A stretch of DNA of 32,096 nucleotides. Origin: Candidatus Caldatribacteriota bacterium (GTDB taxonomy: Bacteria > Atribacterota > Phoenicimicrobiia > Phoenicimicrobiales > Phoenicimicrobiaceae). A model generated the notes under the pieces. The model had not been told where the DNA came from. It did no database searches and worked only from the letters and a program-made list of their open reading frames with translations. The translations under genes were made by a program, and so were the position numbers. Below, one piece after another: positions 7,551 to 16,348 of this stretch. The DNA lies in assembly GCA_034659055.1 (NCBI GenBank), contig JAYEGH010000236.1, positions 1 through 32,096 on the forward strand. The letters are read 5' to 3'. Position 1 is the first letter of the stretch. The number at the start of each line of letters is the position of its first letter.

Positions 7551-8561
7551 TCACACTATTATAGTATCTAAAACGATAAATGTTAATCCTAATAATCCAA
7601 TTAATGATATTGGAACCCAATACGCATAAGAAACTTGATCAATTTTTAAACGTGCTGCAGCAACTCTAATGAAAGTTACTTCAAAAAACATAACTAAAAC
7701 TAATTTCACAAAAAAGAATAATGAATCAATGATAAAAGCAAATACCCCGTTTAATGCAAATAGATGTGCAATATTATAAGGAAAAAACAATATCACAGTT
7801 AAAGAAGTCATTACTATCATCTTTACTGCATCGGTCAATTCAAATAACGCAAGATTTCTACCGGAATACTCCACCAATAAACCTCCTGCTAATTCAGTTT
7901 CCGCTTCCGGAGCATCAAATGGTATCTTGGAAAGTTCACCCGGCGTTACTATTGCCAGGGCAAAAAACAATAAAATTGCACCTATAAAACCGAATGGCCC
8001 TACTGATTCCCAAATGGGATGAGCATTCATTGTTGCTAAGGAAAAAACATTACTCTGGGGATATACTTGACTTAATTTCCAACCTAAAGCGATAACAGTA
8101 GTAACCAGAGGAAGTTCATAACTCATCATCATAACCATTTCTCTTTGCGCTCCCACACTAGCATAAGGCGAACCGGAAACAAAACCACCAATAATCATAC
8201 CAACAGCTGGTAGAGTTAACAAATATATAATTAAAATAATATCTCCGTATCCACTTAACAATGGAGGAATATTTCCTACAGGCAGATAAAATAAAATAGT
8301 AATAGAAGTTACCAGGCTTAAAATCGGCGCTCCGTTAAATATCCAGGGAACCGCATTTTGAGGTACAATATTTTCTTTAATCATTAACTTAAAGAAGTCC
8401 AAAAAAGGTTGTCTTATCGGCGGACCGACCCGGGCTTGCATTCTTGCTGCCAATTTCCTATCAATGCCTTTATAAAATAATCCGATTACTACTCCTAAGA
8501 AAGCGATTATAATTGCCCCCATTATTTTTCCTATTATTACAAATAAACTTGTAGCAGTCAT
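7551..8561 (-). CDS. mbhM: Mbh membrane subunit M (NuoH-like)
   Basis: GIDRKLAARMQARVGPPIRQPFLDFFKL, PFDAPEAETELAGGLLVEYSG; multiple TM helices. Confidence 0.93.
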   Translation of the reverse strand: MTATSLFVIIGKIMGAIIIAFLGVVIGLFYKGIDRKLAARMQARVGPPIRQPFLDFFKLMIKENIVPQNAVPWIFNGAPILSLVTSITILFYLPVGNIPPLLSGYGDIILIIYLLTLPAVGMIIGGFVSGSPYASVGAQREMVMMMSYELPLVTTVIALGWKLSQVYPQSNVFSLATMNAHPIWESVGPFGFIGAILLFFALAIVTPGELSKIPFDAPEAETELAGGLLVEYSGRNLALFELTDAVKMIVMTSLTVILFFPYNIAHLFALNGVFAFIIDSLFFFVKLVLVMFFEVTFIRVAAARLKIDQVSYAYWVPISLIGLLGLTFIVLDTIIV

Positions 8562-9781
8562 GGAGTAATCCTCCTCGTTTTTTGAACACTTAATTCATGT
8601 AAATCCTTTTTAGTCAATACATTCTTTTGACCAGTGTCTTTATTTAAAATTGTGACCCTGTCCATACATGCTATACAGGGGTCTATAGATGCTATAACAA
8701 TCGGAATATCGGCAATCTGCTGTCCTAAAAGCATTGGAACCCATGTCATTAAATTATTATAGGTTGGAGCGCGAGCTTTCCAAACTTCCGGTGTTTCTGC
8801 TTCTTCTAATTTTACACTATGAATACATTCACCGCGGGGAGCTTCATGTCTTCCAACTCCTCTTCCTTTAACTCTTTTTAATTGATTGAGCAATTTAACC
8901 AATTTTTTTTCTGCAACAATTTCCCCTGAAGGTAAATTATCCAAACATTGTTCGATAATCTCTAATGATTGGACTAACTCTAATAGCCTGACTACTATTC
9001 GATCATACACATCTCCGTTTACCTCTCCGGTGAACACATCCGGAGTAATGGCTTTTACCTTTAAATCTGCATATGCAGAATAAGGCTGATCCTGTCTTAC
9101 ATCCTTTTTTATACCTGAAGCCCGGGCAGTAGGACCCACTGCACATAAACGAAGAGCATCTTCTTCGGTTAAAATTCCGACCTTTTTTGTTCTTAAAGCT
9201 ATAGTGGGATCATTTAAAAATATGTCCTCAATTTTTCCATAAACCTCTCTGTAATAATTTATCGTCTTTCTTATTGCAGAAACTTGCTCTGTAGAAATAT
9301 CTCTTCTGACTCCTCCTATCATAAATATTCCATAGTTAATTCTATTTCCAGAAAGTATTTCCAGGGTGTCTAATACAACTTCTCTCGCTTTCCAGGAAAG
9401 ATATAAAACCGAATCAAAACCTAATTCATGAGCAGCAACCCCTGCCCATAAAATATGTGAATGAATTCTTTCCAGCTCAGCAATAATTACACGAATATAC
9501 TGGCCTCTTTCAGGAACTTCAATCCCGGCAGCATTTTCCACTGCCTTACAAAAGGCAAAAGGATGAGAAGCTGAGCATATACCACATATTCTTTCAGCTA
9601 AATATATAATTTGAACAGGATTCCTTTGCATACCCATGAATTCTATGCCTCGATGATTATCTCCCGGTGCCAGACATACCTCTTCTATATGCTCTCCATA
9701 TATTTTAAAATTAAAAGTCATCGGTTCCTTTAGGGAGGGGTGAACCGGACCTATGGGTACAGAATAAGTCATTTTACTCAA
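8558..9781 (-). CDS. mbhL: Group 4 [NiFe]-hydrogenase large subunit (MbhL)
   Basis: Intact Ni-binding motifs L1 ERICGIC and L2 DPCIACMDR, followed by a cleavable C-terminal extension. Confidence 0.95.
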   Translation of the reverse strand: MSKMTYSVPIGPVHPSLKEPMTFNFKIYGEHIEEVCLAPGDNHRGIEFMGMQRNPVQIIYLAERICGICSASHPFAFCKAVENAAGIEVPERGQYIRVIIAELERIHSHILWAGVAAHELGFDSVLYLSWKAREVVLDTLEILSGNRINYGIFMIGGVRRDISTEQVSAIRKTINYYREVYGKIEDIFLNDPTIALRTKKVGILTEEDALRLCAVGPTARASGIKKDVRQDQPYSAYADLKVKAITPDVFTGEVNGDVYDRIVVRLLELVQSLEIIEQCLDNLPSGEIVAEKKLVKLLNQLKRVKGRGVGRHEAPRGECIHSVKLEEAETPEVWKARAPTYNNLMTWVPMLLGQQIADIPIVIASIDPCIACMDRVTILNKDTGQKNVLTKKDLHELSVQKTRRITP

Positions 9782-10341
9782 CTTTTTTTCACCTCTTCTT
9801 CTCTCTTGACTATGTTATCACCTACATATTTACCATTTTTACTTAAAGGATATATACCTTTCTCATCTCTTCTAAAAGGGTAGATATCTTTCGCAAAATC
9901 TTTCGGTAAAAATAAATTAGGCGAATCAGGCAATCCCTCTACTTTTATTCCAAACATTTCTATTATTTCCCTTTCAGCAGTTTGGGCTCCTGGTATTAAA
10001 TCAGTAATGGTTGATATTTTAAGTTCTTTTTTAGACAGGGAAGTAGTAATATTTAGGGATATCTCTTTAAATCTTTCCCCATAATAAAGGGAAAAATAGT
10101 ATGTTAGTTCAATTTTATCCCCCAAATCATCTCCGGAAATCATAGCAAAATGAGGAAATTGAATAGTACCTAAAAATTTTACTGCATCTTTAAAATTTTC
10201 TATTTTTATCTCTAACCAAATAGTATTATAACTATTCTTCTTTACTCCTTCTTTTTTACTCTCAATTTGGCTGTCAATAATTGAATCACCAAATTTTCCT
10301 TTAAATAATTCTACAATTTCTTCAGATTTCATATATTCCAT
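9778..10341 (-). CDS. mbhK: Mbh subunit K (NuoC-like)
   Basis: FPHFAMISGDD, TITDLIPGAQTAEREIIEMFGI, LFLP and YPFRRD. Confidence 0.9.
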   Translation of the reverse strand: MEYMKSEEIVELFKGKFGDSIIDSQIESKKEGVKKNSYNTIWLEIKIENFKDAVKFLGTIQFPHFAMISGDDLGDKIELTYYFSLYYGERFKEISLNITTSLSKKELKISTITDLIPGAQTAEREIIEMFGIKVEGLPDSPNLFLPKDFAKDIYPFRRDEKGIYPLSKNGKYVGDNIVKREEEVKKS

Positions 10342-10421
10342 TCTCTACCACCTTTTTTCTGGTATTTCGTATACCCTATTCCATTTCGCGGTTATTGGTG
10401 TATACCATATAATTTTTTAAT

Positions 10422-10490
10422 GTAGGAGTCAGATTTATTCTACTCGGTTATTCTGGTAACTTTTTATGGCTCGATTCGTCAAGCCCCTAC
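10422..10490. repeat. REPIN-like inverted REP doublet between mbhJ and mbhK
   Basis: Left GTAG-GAGTCAGA-tttat-TCTACTC; right (reverse complement) GTAG-GGGCTTGA-cgaa-TCGAGCC. GTAG...CTAC outer ends. Confidence 0.7.
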
Positions 10491-10521
10491 TACCTCTACT
10501 CTAAACGCTATATGCTAACTA

Positions 10522-10971
10522 CTATTTCGCTGGAATAGCTTCCATGCTTTCTTTTAGCTTCTCCAATTTTATCCAGGCCTGTAATACTCCATTTATAATA
10601 GCCTCTGGCCGAGCTGGACATCCAGGAACATATACATCAACCGGCATTATTTTGTCCACACAACCTCTTAAAATATATGAATTATGAAAAACCCCTCCAC
10701 TTGTTCCACATGTTCCAACCACTATTACTGCTTTTGGGTCAGGAGTCTGTTCATAAACACGTTTTACTCTATCTGCCATTTTTTCGGTAACTGGACCAGT
10801 TACTAATAATACATCCGCATGTTTAGGACTGCCCACTAATTTAATTCCAAATCTTTCTAAATCATACCGGGGAGTTAAAGCTGCTACAATTTCAATATCA
10901 CATCCATTACAGGACCCCGTATTTATATGAAAAACCCATAAAGATCTATTAAAATATTTATTTAATTTCAC
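10522..10971 (-). CDS. mbhJ: Mbh small subunit J (NuoB-like); probable GTG start at 10971
   Basis: SLWVFHINTGSCNGCDIE, SPKHADVLLVTGPVT, VGTCGTSGG and VPGCPARPEA. The GTG overlaps the mbhI stop (TAGTG) and follows GGGGTGAG. Confidence 0.93.
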   Translation of the reverse strand: MKLNKYFNRSLWVFHINTGSCNGCDIEIVAALTPRYDLERFGIKLVGSPKHADVLLVTGPVTEKMADRVKRVYEQTPDPKAVIVVGTCGTSGGVFHNSYILRGCVDKIMPVDVYVPGCPARPEAIINGVLQAWIKLEKLKESMEAIPAK

Positions 10972-11312
10972 TATCCGCTCACCCCTATTATAATCAATAT
11001 AATTACGGTCACTAAAATTATCCAACTGCTATAATCATTTATATTCCCAGTATGCATTTTAACCAAAGGCTTATAATAACCTTTTAAAGCTTCAGTGAAT
11101 CCCCAATAAATATGGCTCGCGCTTAAATGTGAATTTTCTTTGCTTCCTTCAGGATTACCGGAAATAAAAGGTTTGTCCTGTTCTGTATCTTTTTTATAAC
11201 TATCTTCTCCTTTATTCCTGACATAAATAACTATACTGCCAATTACCAATACAATTATTACCCAAATTATAGCACTCCAAAACCCACTACCTGTTTCCAG
11301 TAAACCTAACAT
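10971..11312 (-). CDS. mbhI: Mbh subunit I
   Basis: Two TM helices, KPFISGNPE, IYWGFTEALKGYY and HTGNINDY; sits between the mbhH- and mbhJ-like genes. Confidence 0.85.
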   Translation of the reverse strand: MLGLLETGSGFWSAIIWVIIVLVIGSIVIYVRNKGEDSYKKDTEQDKPFISGNPEGSKENSHLSASHIYWGFTEALKGYYKPLVKMHTGNINDYSSWIILVTVIILIIIGVSG

Positions 11313-11315
11313 CTA

Positions 11316-12884
11316 TTACATACCCCCTAACACTGTTCCTGAATATTTAAACTGTTCTATTAAAGCCATTACTGCGGGATGTACTAAATTTTTTACAATC
11401 AAATCCGGAAATAACCCAAAAAATATTATAATGCAAGATAATACTGCCATTGATAGAACCATGCTTTGAGGAACTTCTTTTACTTCTTTAAATTGGGATA
11501 ATTTCGGTCCCAAAAATGCACTATGAAAAACCTTAACAAATGAAGCTAAAGTTAAGATGCTTACTACCATAGCAATTATAGAAAGCAAAGGATTAAATTT
11601 ATATACCGATTCATAAATTAAAAGTTTAGAGGCAAATCCATTAAAAGGCGGAAGCCCTGCAATAGCTGCTGCTCCGACTATAAAAAAAATAGTAGTATAT
11701 TTCATATGGTGAGCTAACCCACCCATTTTATTAAGATCTCTTGTTCCTGTCCTAAAAAATAAAGCACCGGCAGTTAAAAATAATAATCCCTTATACATGG
11801 CATGATTCATGATATGAAATATTCCGCCTTCCATAGCAGTAATGCCATATTCTTTCAAAGCAAGCGGATTGGATAGAACAGCTAACCCTACTCCTACTCC
11901 AAGGAGCATGTAACCAGTTTGAGAGACAGCGTGATATGCCATCAATCTCTTTATATCCTTCTGAATAATAGCCATAGTAACACCGATAAACATAGATAAT
12001 ACACCAAATATAATAATTATCCAACCTACAGCAAGTGTATTTGAATTAACGTTGTATAAGGAAAAAACTACTCTAAATAAAACATATAAACTAGCCTGAC
12101 TAGCCGCAACTAATATCATGGTAATTGGTGCTGGGGCTTCTGAATAAGCATCAGGTGTCCACATATGCATGGGTACCGCTCCCGCTTTCATAGCCATAAC
12201 CGGTATTAAAAGAGCAAAGGCAATTTTGTCTAATTGGGAATATCTAATTACTTTTGCCAAAGCAGCAAGATTCAAAAGATCATATTCTCCATAAAAAATA
12301 CCTACGGCAAATAAAACCATGAGTGCAGATATTGAACTTACTATCATGTATTTAAATCCAGCTTCAGCCGGTTCACCCAAGTCAATTCCTCTATAGGCTA
12401 TTAAAGCAACGGAAGCGATTGAAGCGATTTCCAAAAAGACGAAGAAGTTAAATATATCACCGGTAAACTCCATTCCAAACATGCCTACAGTTAAAAGTAA
12501 TAAAAGGGAATAATATTTATCCATGCCATTTGCTTTTTGTATAAAAGACAAAGAATAGACTGCCCCTAAAAAAGATACAACTGCAGTAATTAAACCCATA
12601 AATATACCCATTGCATCTATCTGTAACATAATCCTAACAGGAAAATTTAATCCTGAAGGCAGGGTCAATGAAGGCAATTTCGTACCGAAAACATAAACCT
12701 GGGGACCAACCGTTATTATTTTAATTGCTAATAAAATGGTAAAAACTAAACTAATGGATAAAACGATAACTGAAAAAATTCCTACTGCTTTTTTATTTAC
12801 CCTGCTAATAAAAGGAATTAAGAAAGCAGCTAATAAAGGTAAGGCCAAAATTAAAATAGGGCTATGATCTAATAAATTGCTCAT
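11316..12884 (-). CDS. mbhH: Mbh antiporter-like proton-translocating subunit H (MrpD/NuoN-like)
   Basis: TGDIFNFFVFLEI, KAGAVPMHMWTPDAYSEAP, KRLMAYHAVSQTGY, HAMYKGLLF and GLPPFNGFASK. Confidence 0.93.
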   Translation of the reverse strand: MSNLLDHSPILILALPLLAAFLIPFISRVNKKAVGIFSVIVLSISLVFTILLAIKIITVGPQVYVFGTKLPSLTLPSGLNFPVRIMLQIDAMGIFMGLITAVVSFLGAVYSLSFIQKANGMDKYYSLLLLLTVGMFGMEFTGDIFNFFVFLEIASIASVALIAYRGIDLGEPAEAGFKYMIVSSISALMVLFAVGIFYGEYDLLNLAALAKVIRYSQLDKIAFALLIPVMAMKAGAVPMHMWTPDAYSEAPAPITMILVAASQASLYVLFRVVFSLYNVNSNTLAVGWIIIIFGVLSMFIGVTMAIIQKDIKRLMAYHAVSQTGYMLLGVGVGLAVLSNPLALKEYGITAMEGGIFHIMNHAMYKGLLFLTAGALFFRTGTRDLNKMGGLAHHMKYTTIFFIVGAAAIAGLPPFNGFASKLLIYESVYKFNPLLSIIAMVVSILTLASFVKVFHSAFLGPKLSQFKEVKEVPQSMVLSMAVLSCIIIFFGLFPDLIVKNLVHPAVMALIEQFKYSGTVLGGM

Positions 12885-13228
12885 CCTCTCAACCTCCTTA
12901 CCTCATCTGTATCTAACGTACCATAATGCTTGTATATCATCATTGCAACCGACAATATTAAGGCGGTCGTGGCAATACCTATAACTATGCTGGTAAGGGT
13001 CAAAGCTTGAGGAGTTGGTAGAACCATATTTTGTCCCGAAGGCGCCATGGTATAAATTGGAGCAACTGCTCCTTTTCGATACCCTAAAGTAATTAAAAAT
13101 AAATTTACTCCGTTCTCAATCAGACATACACCAATAGCAATTTTAATTAGATTCTTCTTAAACATAAGAGTATAAATTCCTAACCCGATAAATAATGCTA
13201 CTGCGATATAAGGTAAATTGTTCATCAT
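12881..13228 (-). CDS. mbhG: Mbh subunit G (MrpC-like)
   Basis: KNLIKIAIG and PTPQALTLTSIVIG. Confidence 0.9.
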   Translation of the reverse strand: MMNNLPYIAVALFIGLGIYTLMFKKNLIKIAIGVCLIENGVNLFLITLGYRKGAVAPIYTMAPSGQNMVLPTPQALTLTSIVIGIATTALILSVAMMIYKHYGTLDTDEVRRLRG

Positions 13229-13229
13229 T

Positions 13230-13706
13230 TTATGAATTCTCCTTTTTCTTGGTAAATTCCGCTCCCTTAGCCATAACTAAAACAATAACCCCTAAAGCAG
13301 ATAAAACTTCTAATCCAACTGCGATATTCATTAAGGGGATCAATCCTCCGGTATTCATATCACCGGGATTAACGCCGATTACGGCAGCATTACCGAACCA
13401 ACCTCCACCATTAGCTAAAAAATTATAAAAAAAGGTAATTCCTATACCTAAAAAAGCTAAAACTATAAATAAAGTCAATCCAAGACTCTCAAAAAATGAT
13501 AATATATCTTTTTGGAGAAATTTCTTAGAATTCGAGATACCATAAGAAATCAGCAACAAAGCAAAAGCCGATGCTGCTATAGCTCCACCCTGGAAACCGC
13601 CACCTGGAGTAAGATGACCATGCACTATTACATAAAAACCAAAGATAATAATAAAACCGTATACAAAATTAGTAACAGTTTTTACTATTTTAGACATTTC
13701 TTTCAT
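13230..13706 (-). CDS. mbhF: Mbh subunit F (MrpB-like)
   Basis: VHGHLTPGGGFQGGA and PLMNIAVGLEV. Confidence 0.9.
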   Translation of the reverse strand: MKEMSKIVKTVTNFVYGFIIIFGFYVIVHGHLTPGGGFQGGAIAASAFALLLISYGISNSKKFLQKDILSFFESLGLTLFIVLAFLGIGITFFYNFLANGGGWFGNAAVIGVNPGDMNTGGLIPLMNIAVGLEVLSALGVIVLVMAKGAEFTKKKENS

Positions 13707-13969
13707 TTTTTAACCCCCCTGAATAATGCCACAACTCCGACTACTGCAGTAAATAAAACCGTAGCTTCTCCTAAAGTATCAAATCCTCTATAGTCAAAGA
13801 CGATAGATGTCACTACATTATTTGCCCCGGTTTCGCTTTGAGCATTTTCAATAAAATAATCATCCATTTCACTAAAAGCAGGTTCTCCAAATGTTCTCAT
13901 ATTTATAGCACCAACCATCAAGAAAGAAAAGAATATTAAAAAGGTAATAGCAAAAATAATTTTTTTCAT
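13703..13969 (-). CDS. mbhE: Mbh subunit E (MrpA C-terminal-like)
   Basis: GANNVVTSIVFDYRGFDTLGEATVLFTA. Confidence 0.9.
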   Translation of the reverse strand: MKKIIFAITFLIFFSFLMVGAINMRTFGEPAFSEMDDYFIENAQSETGANNVVTSIVFDYRGFDTLGEATVLFTAVVGVVALFRGVKK

Positions 13970-13990
13970 TTTATCCTCCTGGCATACACT

Positions 13991-14032
13991 TGATTACACA
14001 GATTATTCTGTGATTACACCGATTAATCACAC
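13991..14032. repeat. Short direct repeat TGATTACAC(A/C)GATTA x2 between mbhD and mbhE
   Basis: 13991-14005 and 14011-14025 are 14/15 identical with a 20 bp period, built from GATTACAC(A/C) 9-mers. Confidence 0.7.
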
Positions 14033-14086
14033 ATTTCCTTCTTCTTCATCTTTAGATAAATATACTTTTTATAGGTATTATCTATG

Positions 14087-14326
14087 CTATCTAGTTCCTC
14101 TAATAGCAAATATAAAGATAGCCATAGTTAATCCAGCTCCAATGGCAGCTTCTGCTATCGCTACATCAGGTGCTTGCAATAGATAAAATTCTAACGAGAG
14201 AAGTAAGCTGGCTACTGATAAAGCAATTATTGAAGGCAGCAATTTTTTATACACTACTGCTAAAAAAGCAGAAATTATCATTATAATCATAGTAGATATT
14301 TGAATTAATTCATAAAAAGAACTCAT
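14087..14326 (-). CDS. mbhD: Mbh subunit D (DUF4040-like)
   Basis: FYLLQAPDVAIAEAAIGAG. Confidence 0.9.
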   Translation of the reverse strand: MSSFYELIQISTMIIMIISAFLAVVYKKLLPSIIALSVASLLLSLEFYLLQAPDVAIAEAAIGAGLTMAIFIFAIRGTR

Positions 14327-14685
14327 TTTAACTTTGCCTCCTTCAATTGGTCTATCACTGCTTGTTTGGGCATTACCCCACTGCGATAAGCTGCTCTGGC
14401 AATAGCGTGTGCACCTGTAGGATTAGTAATTATTAAACAAACTAATGCTACAATAGTATGAAGAGCAAGGACTCCAAATTTAGAGTCTCCTACAACATTC
14501 CATTGGTAAAAACCATATATAATAACCGCTAAAGAAGTAAAAATTGAGCCAAAAGTTGTAGCTTTTGTAGCAGCGTGAAGTCGGGTATAGACATCTGGAA
14601 ATCTTAAAAGACCAATTGAACCTAAACAATTAAACAATACACCTATTGCTAAAAAAATATATAAAACAGATAATAATATTCCCAT
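14323..14685 (-). CDS. mbhC: Mbh subunit C (MrpG-like)
   Basis: GLLRFPDVYTRLHAATKATTFG and TNPTGAHAIARAAY. Confidence 0.92.
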   Translation of the reverse strand: MGILLSVLYIFLAIGVLFNCLGSIGLLRFPDVYTRLHAATKATTFGSIFTSLAVIIYGFYQWNVVGDSKFGVLALHTIVALVCLIITNPTGAHAIARAAYRSGVMPKQAVIDQLKEAKLK

Positions 14686-14957
14686 TATTTTTTTGGCCCT
14701 CCTTCCAAATACTTTGAAACATACAAAGTAGCAATATAAGATAGCAATGCATAAACGATAGCCACATCAACATAAATAACTTCATTAAAGGCTGCCCCTA
14801 CAAGAATCATTCCGGCAACTACTAAAGTATTTATAGTATCAAGGGCTACTATTCTATCGGGAACAGTAGGACCCAGGATTAATCTAATTAGAGACAACAA
14901 CATAAACATCAACAGCAATCCGCCGGGGATAATAAAAATTTTAAAAAATTCGCTCAT
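14685..14957 (-). CDS. mbhB: Mbh subunit B (MrpF-like); start at ATG 14957
   Basis: RLILGPTVPDRIVALDT and YVDVAIVYALLSY; ATGA overlap with the mbhA stop. Confidence 0.9.
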   Translation of the reverse strand: MSEFFKIFIIPGGLLLMFMLLSLIRLILGPTVPDRIVALDTINTLVVAGMILVGAAFNEVIYVDVAIVYALLSYIATLYVSKYLEGGPKK

Positions 14958-15463
14958 CCTGCAATCCTCCTTACCCATTGAGGAAAGTTAGAACAAATAT
15001 GTTGAGTGGTAGGTGTTAAAGTGGTAACATTTATCCAATGGATATATAAATCATTATTTTCTTCATCGATATCAACAGTAAGGGTTCCCGGAGTCAAAGT
15101 AATAGAATCTGCTAATAAAGTAATGCCTAAATCAGTTTTTAAGTTTGGAGAAATTCTTACAATACCTGGATTTATTTTCCCTGTAATTACTCTGTAAGCA
15201 ACATCGATATTAGCTTTAGCCATTGCCCAAAAAAATGGACCTATTAAATAAACCAAAAAAATAATCCATCTAAATGGATTCAACATTCTATAATTTCTTT
15301 TTTGGAATAATACTCTAAAAGCAATAATCGCTACAATAACTGAAAGGATGATCCCGGTTATAATTTCAAAAACACTCCATAACCCCCATACTTCTCCTTG
15401 ACTTGCTGTAAGAAATAGATAAGCAATCATGCTAAGTAAAAAGGTTACAATAAAATCTATCAT
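14954..15463 (-). CDS. mbhA: Mbh subunit A (MrpE-like)
   Basis: KANIDVAYRVITGKINPGIV, LADSITLTPGTLTVDID and LYIHWI; GAGAGGTGA RBS. Confidence 0.92.
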   Translation of the reverse strand: MIDFIVTFLLSMIAYLFLTASQGEVWGLWSVFEIITGIILSVIVAIIAFRVLFQKRNYRMLNPFRWIIFLVYLIGPFFWAMAKANIDVAYRVITGKINPGIVRISPNLKTDLGITLLADSITLTPGTLTVDIDEENNDLYIHWINVTTLTPTTQHICSNFPQWVRRIAG

Positions 15464-15486
15464 TACTTCACCTCTCTTAATTAAAA

Positions 15487-15531
15487 TTAGTCACTGACGT
15501 TAAACACACGATCTGTATTTCAACTCTTAAA
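15487..15531 (-). ncRNA. Structured leader element of mbhA; candidate Na+ (DUF1646-motif) riboswitch
   Basis: Minus strand UUAAGAGUUGAAAUACAGAUCGUGUGUUUAACGUCAGUGACUAA folds into a bulged hairpin (GA-GUUGAA-AUAC / GUGU-UUUAAC-UC) about 10 nt before the RBS. Resemblance to the DUF1646 motif is from memory and is unverified. Confidence 0.4.
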
Positions 15532-15612
15532 CACAAATATAAAATAAAATCCTTAATACTTTTTTATTGGGTAGATACCTGTTAAATAGGGCATTTAAAA
15601 AAGAAAATTTCC

Positions 15613-15665
15613 ATGTAATCAATTTCACAAAATAAAGTATAACATTTTACACTGCTTTATGTAAA
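15613..15665 (-). promoter_or_regulatory. mbh operon promoter with a downstream Rex-like operator (15613-15630)
   Basis: TTTACA-N18-TATACT with TGn extension, followed by TTGTGAAATTGATTACAT (perfect left Rex half-site) at the predicted start region. Confidence 0.6.
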
Positions 15666-15689
15666 GTATTTTTTTAAATATTTTACTTT

Positions 15690-16031
15690 CTATTCTATTT
15701 CAATATTTTCTACATATAAATCTTCGCCAGAAATTATATCTACCTCTACACTACCACATTTTGAACATTTAAACTCATCTTTTTTAATCTTAAACGTCTC
15801 ATTGCATTTTCGGCATTTTCCTAATAAGGGTATAGGTGTTATCTTCAAAAAAGCCTCTTCTGCTAAAGTGCCTTTGCTATAATTTTCAAAAGCAAATCTC
15901 AAAGAATCCTGGTTTATTCCGGCAAAATCCCCTATTTTTAATTTAATAAGAGTTATTTTGTTTGCTTTACATTCCCTGGCTTTATCTAAAATAATCTCCA
16001 GTAAATTTTGGGCAATTGAAGCTTCGTGCAT
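15690..16031 (-). CDS. hypA: Hydrogenase nickel incorporation protein HypA
   Basis: MHEASIA N-terminus, CRKC and CSKC zinc motifs, ISGEDLYVENIE. Confidence 0.96.
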   Translation of the reverse strand: MHEASIAQNLLEIILDKARECKANKITLIKLKIGDFAGINQDSLRFAFENYSKGTLAEEAFLKITPIPLLGKCRKCNETFKIKKDEFKCSKCGSVEVDIISGEDLYVENIEIE

Positions 16032-16210
16032 GTTTTTCTCCGTAATTTATTCTATCAGTTTACTTGTCTCCCGGATAATTTTGTTAGCTTAAATATAGCG
16101 TATAATATATAGTTTGGATTAGCAAAACTCTATTTTTTTCCTCAATATTATATTTTTAACTATGAGTTTATGTTTTGTGCTTTTAACCAATAACCTGTTA
16201 ACCAAGCAAC

Positions 16211-16253
16211 TTTCAAAAAAAGAGGAAGTTGCCTCTTCCTCTTTTTTTTGAAA
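16211..16253. terminator. Intrinsic (potentially bidirectional) terminator after tRNA-Leu
   Basis: tttcaaaaaaagaggaag-ttgcct-cttcctcttttttttgaaa hairpin with A and T tails. Confidence 0.85.
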
Positions 16254-16260
16254 CATCTAT

Positions 16261-16348
16261 TGGTGCCGAGAGGGGGATTTGAACCCCCACAAGCAATCTG
16301 CTTACCAGCCCCTCAAGCTGGCGCGTCTACCAATTCCGCCATCCCGGC
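16261..16348 (-). tRNA. tRNA-Leu (GAG)
   Basis: GCCGGGATGGCGGAATTGGTAGACGCG-CCAGC-TTGAGGG-GCTGG, long variable arm, GGGGG-TTCAAAT-CCCCC, encoded CCA. Confidence 0.97.

Noticed and set aside
8558-9781. Mbx/Mbs or complex I NuoD assignment for the large subunit
   Set aside because: All four Ni-ligating cysteines, a cleavable tail, and neighbouring HycI and HypA indicate a true [NiFe] hydrogenase.
13980-13995. Possible sigma-54 promoter TGGCATACACTTGA
   Set aside because: Lacks GG-N10-GC spacing and points antisense to the operon.
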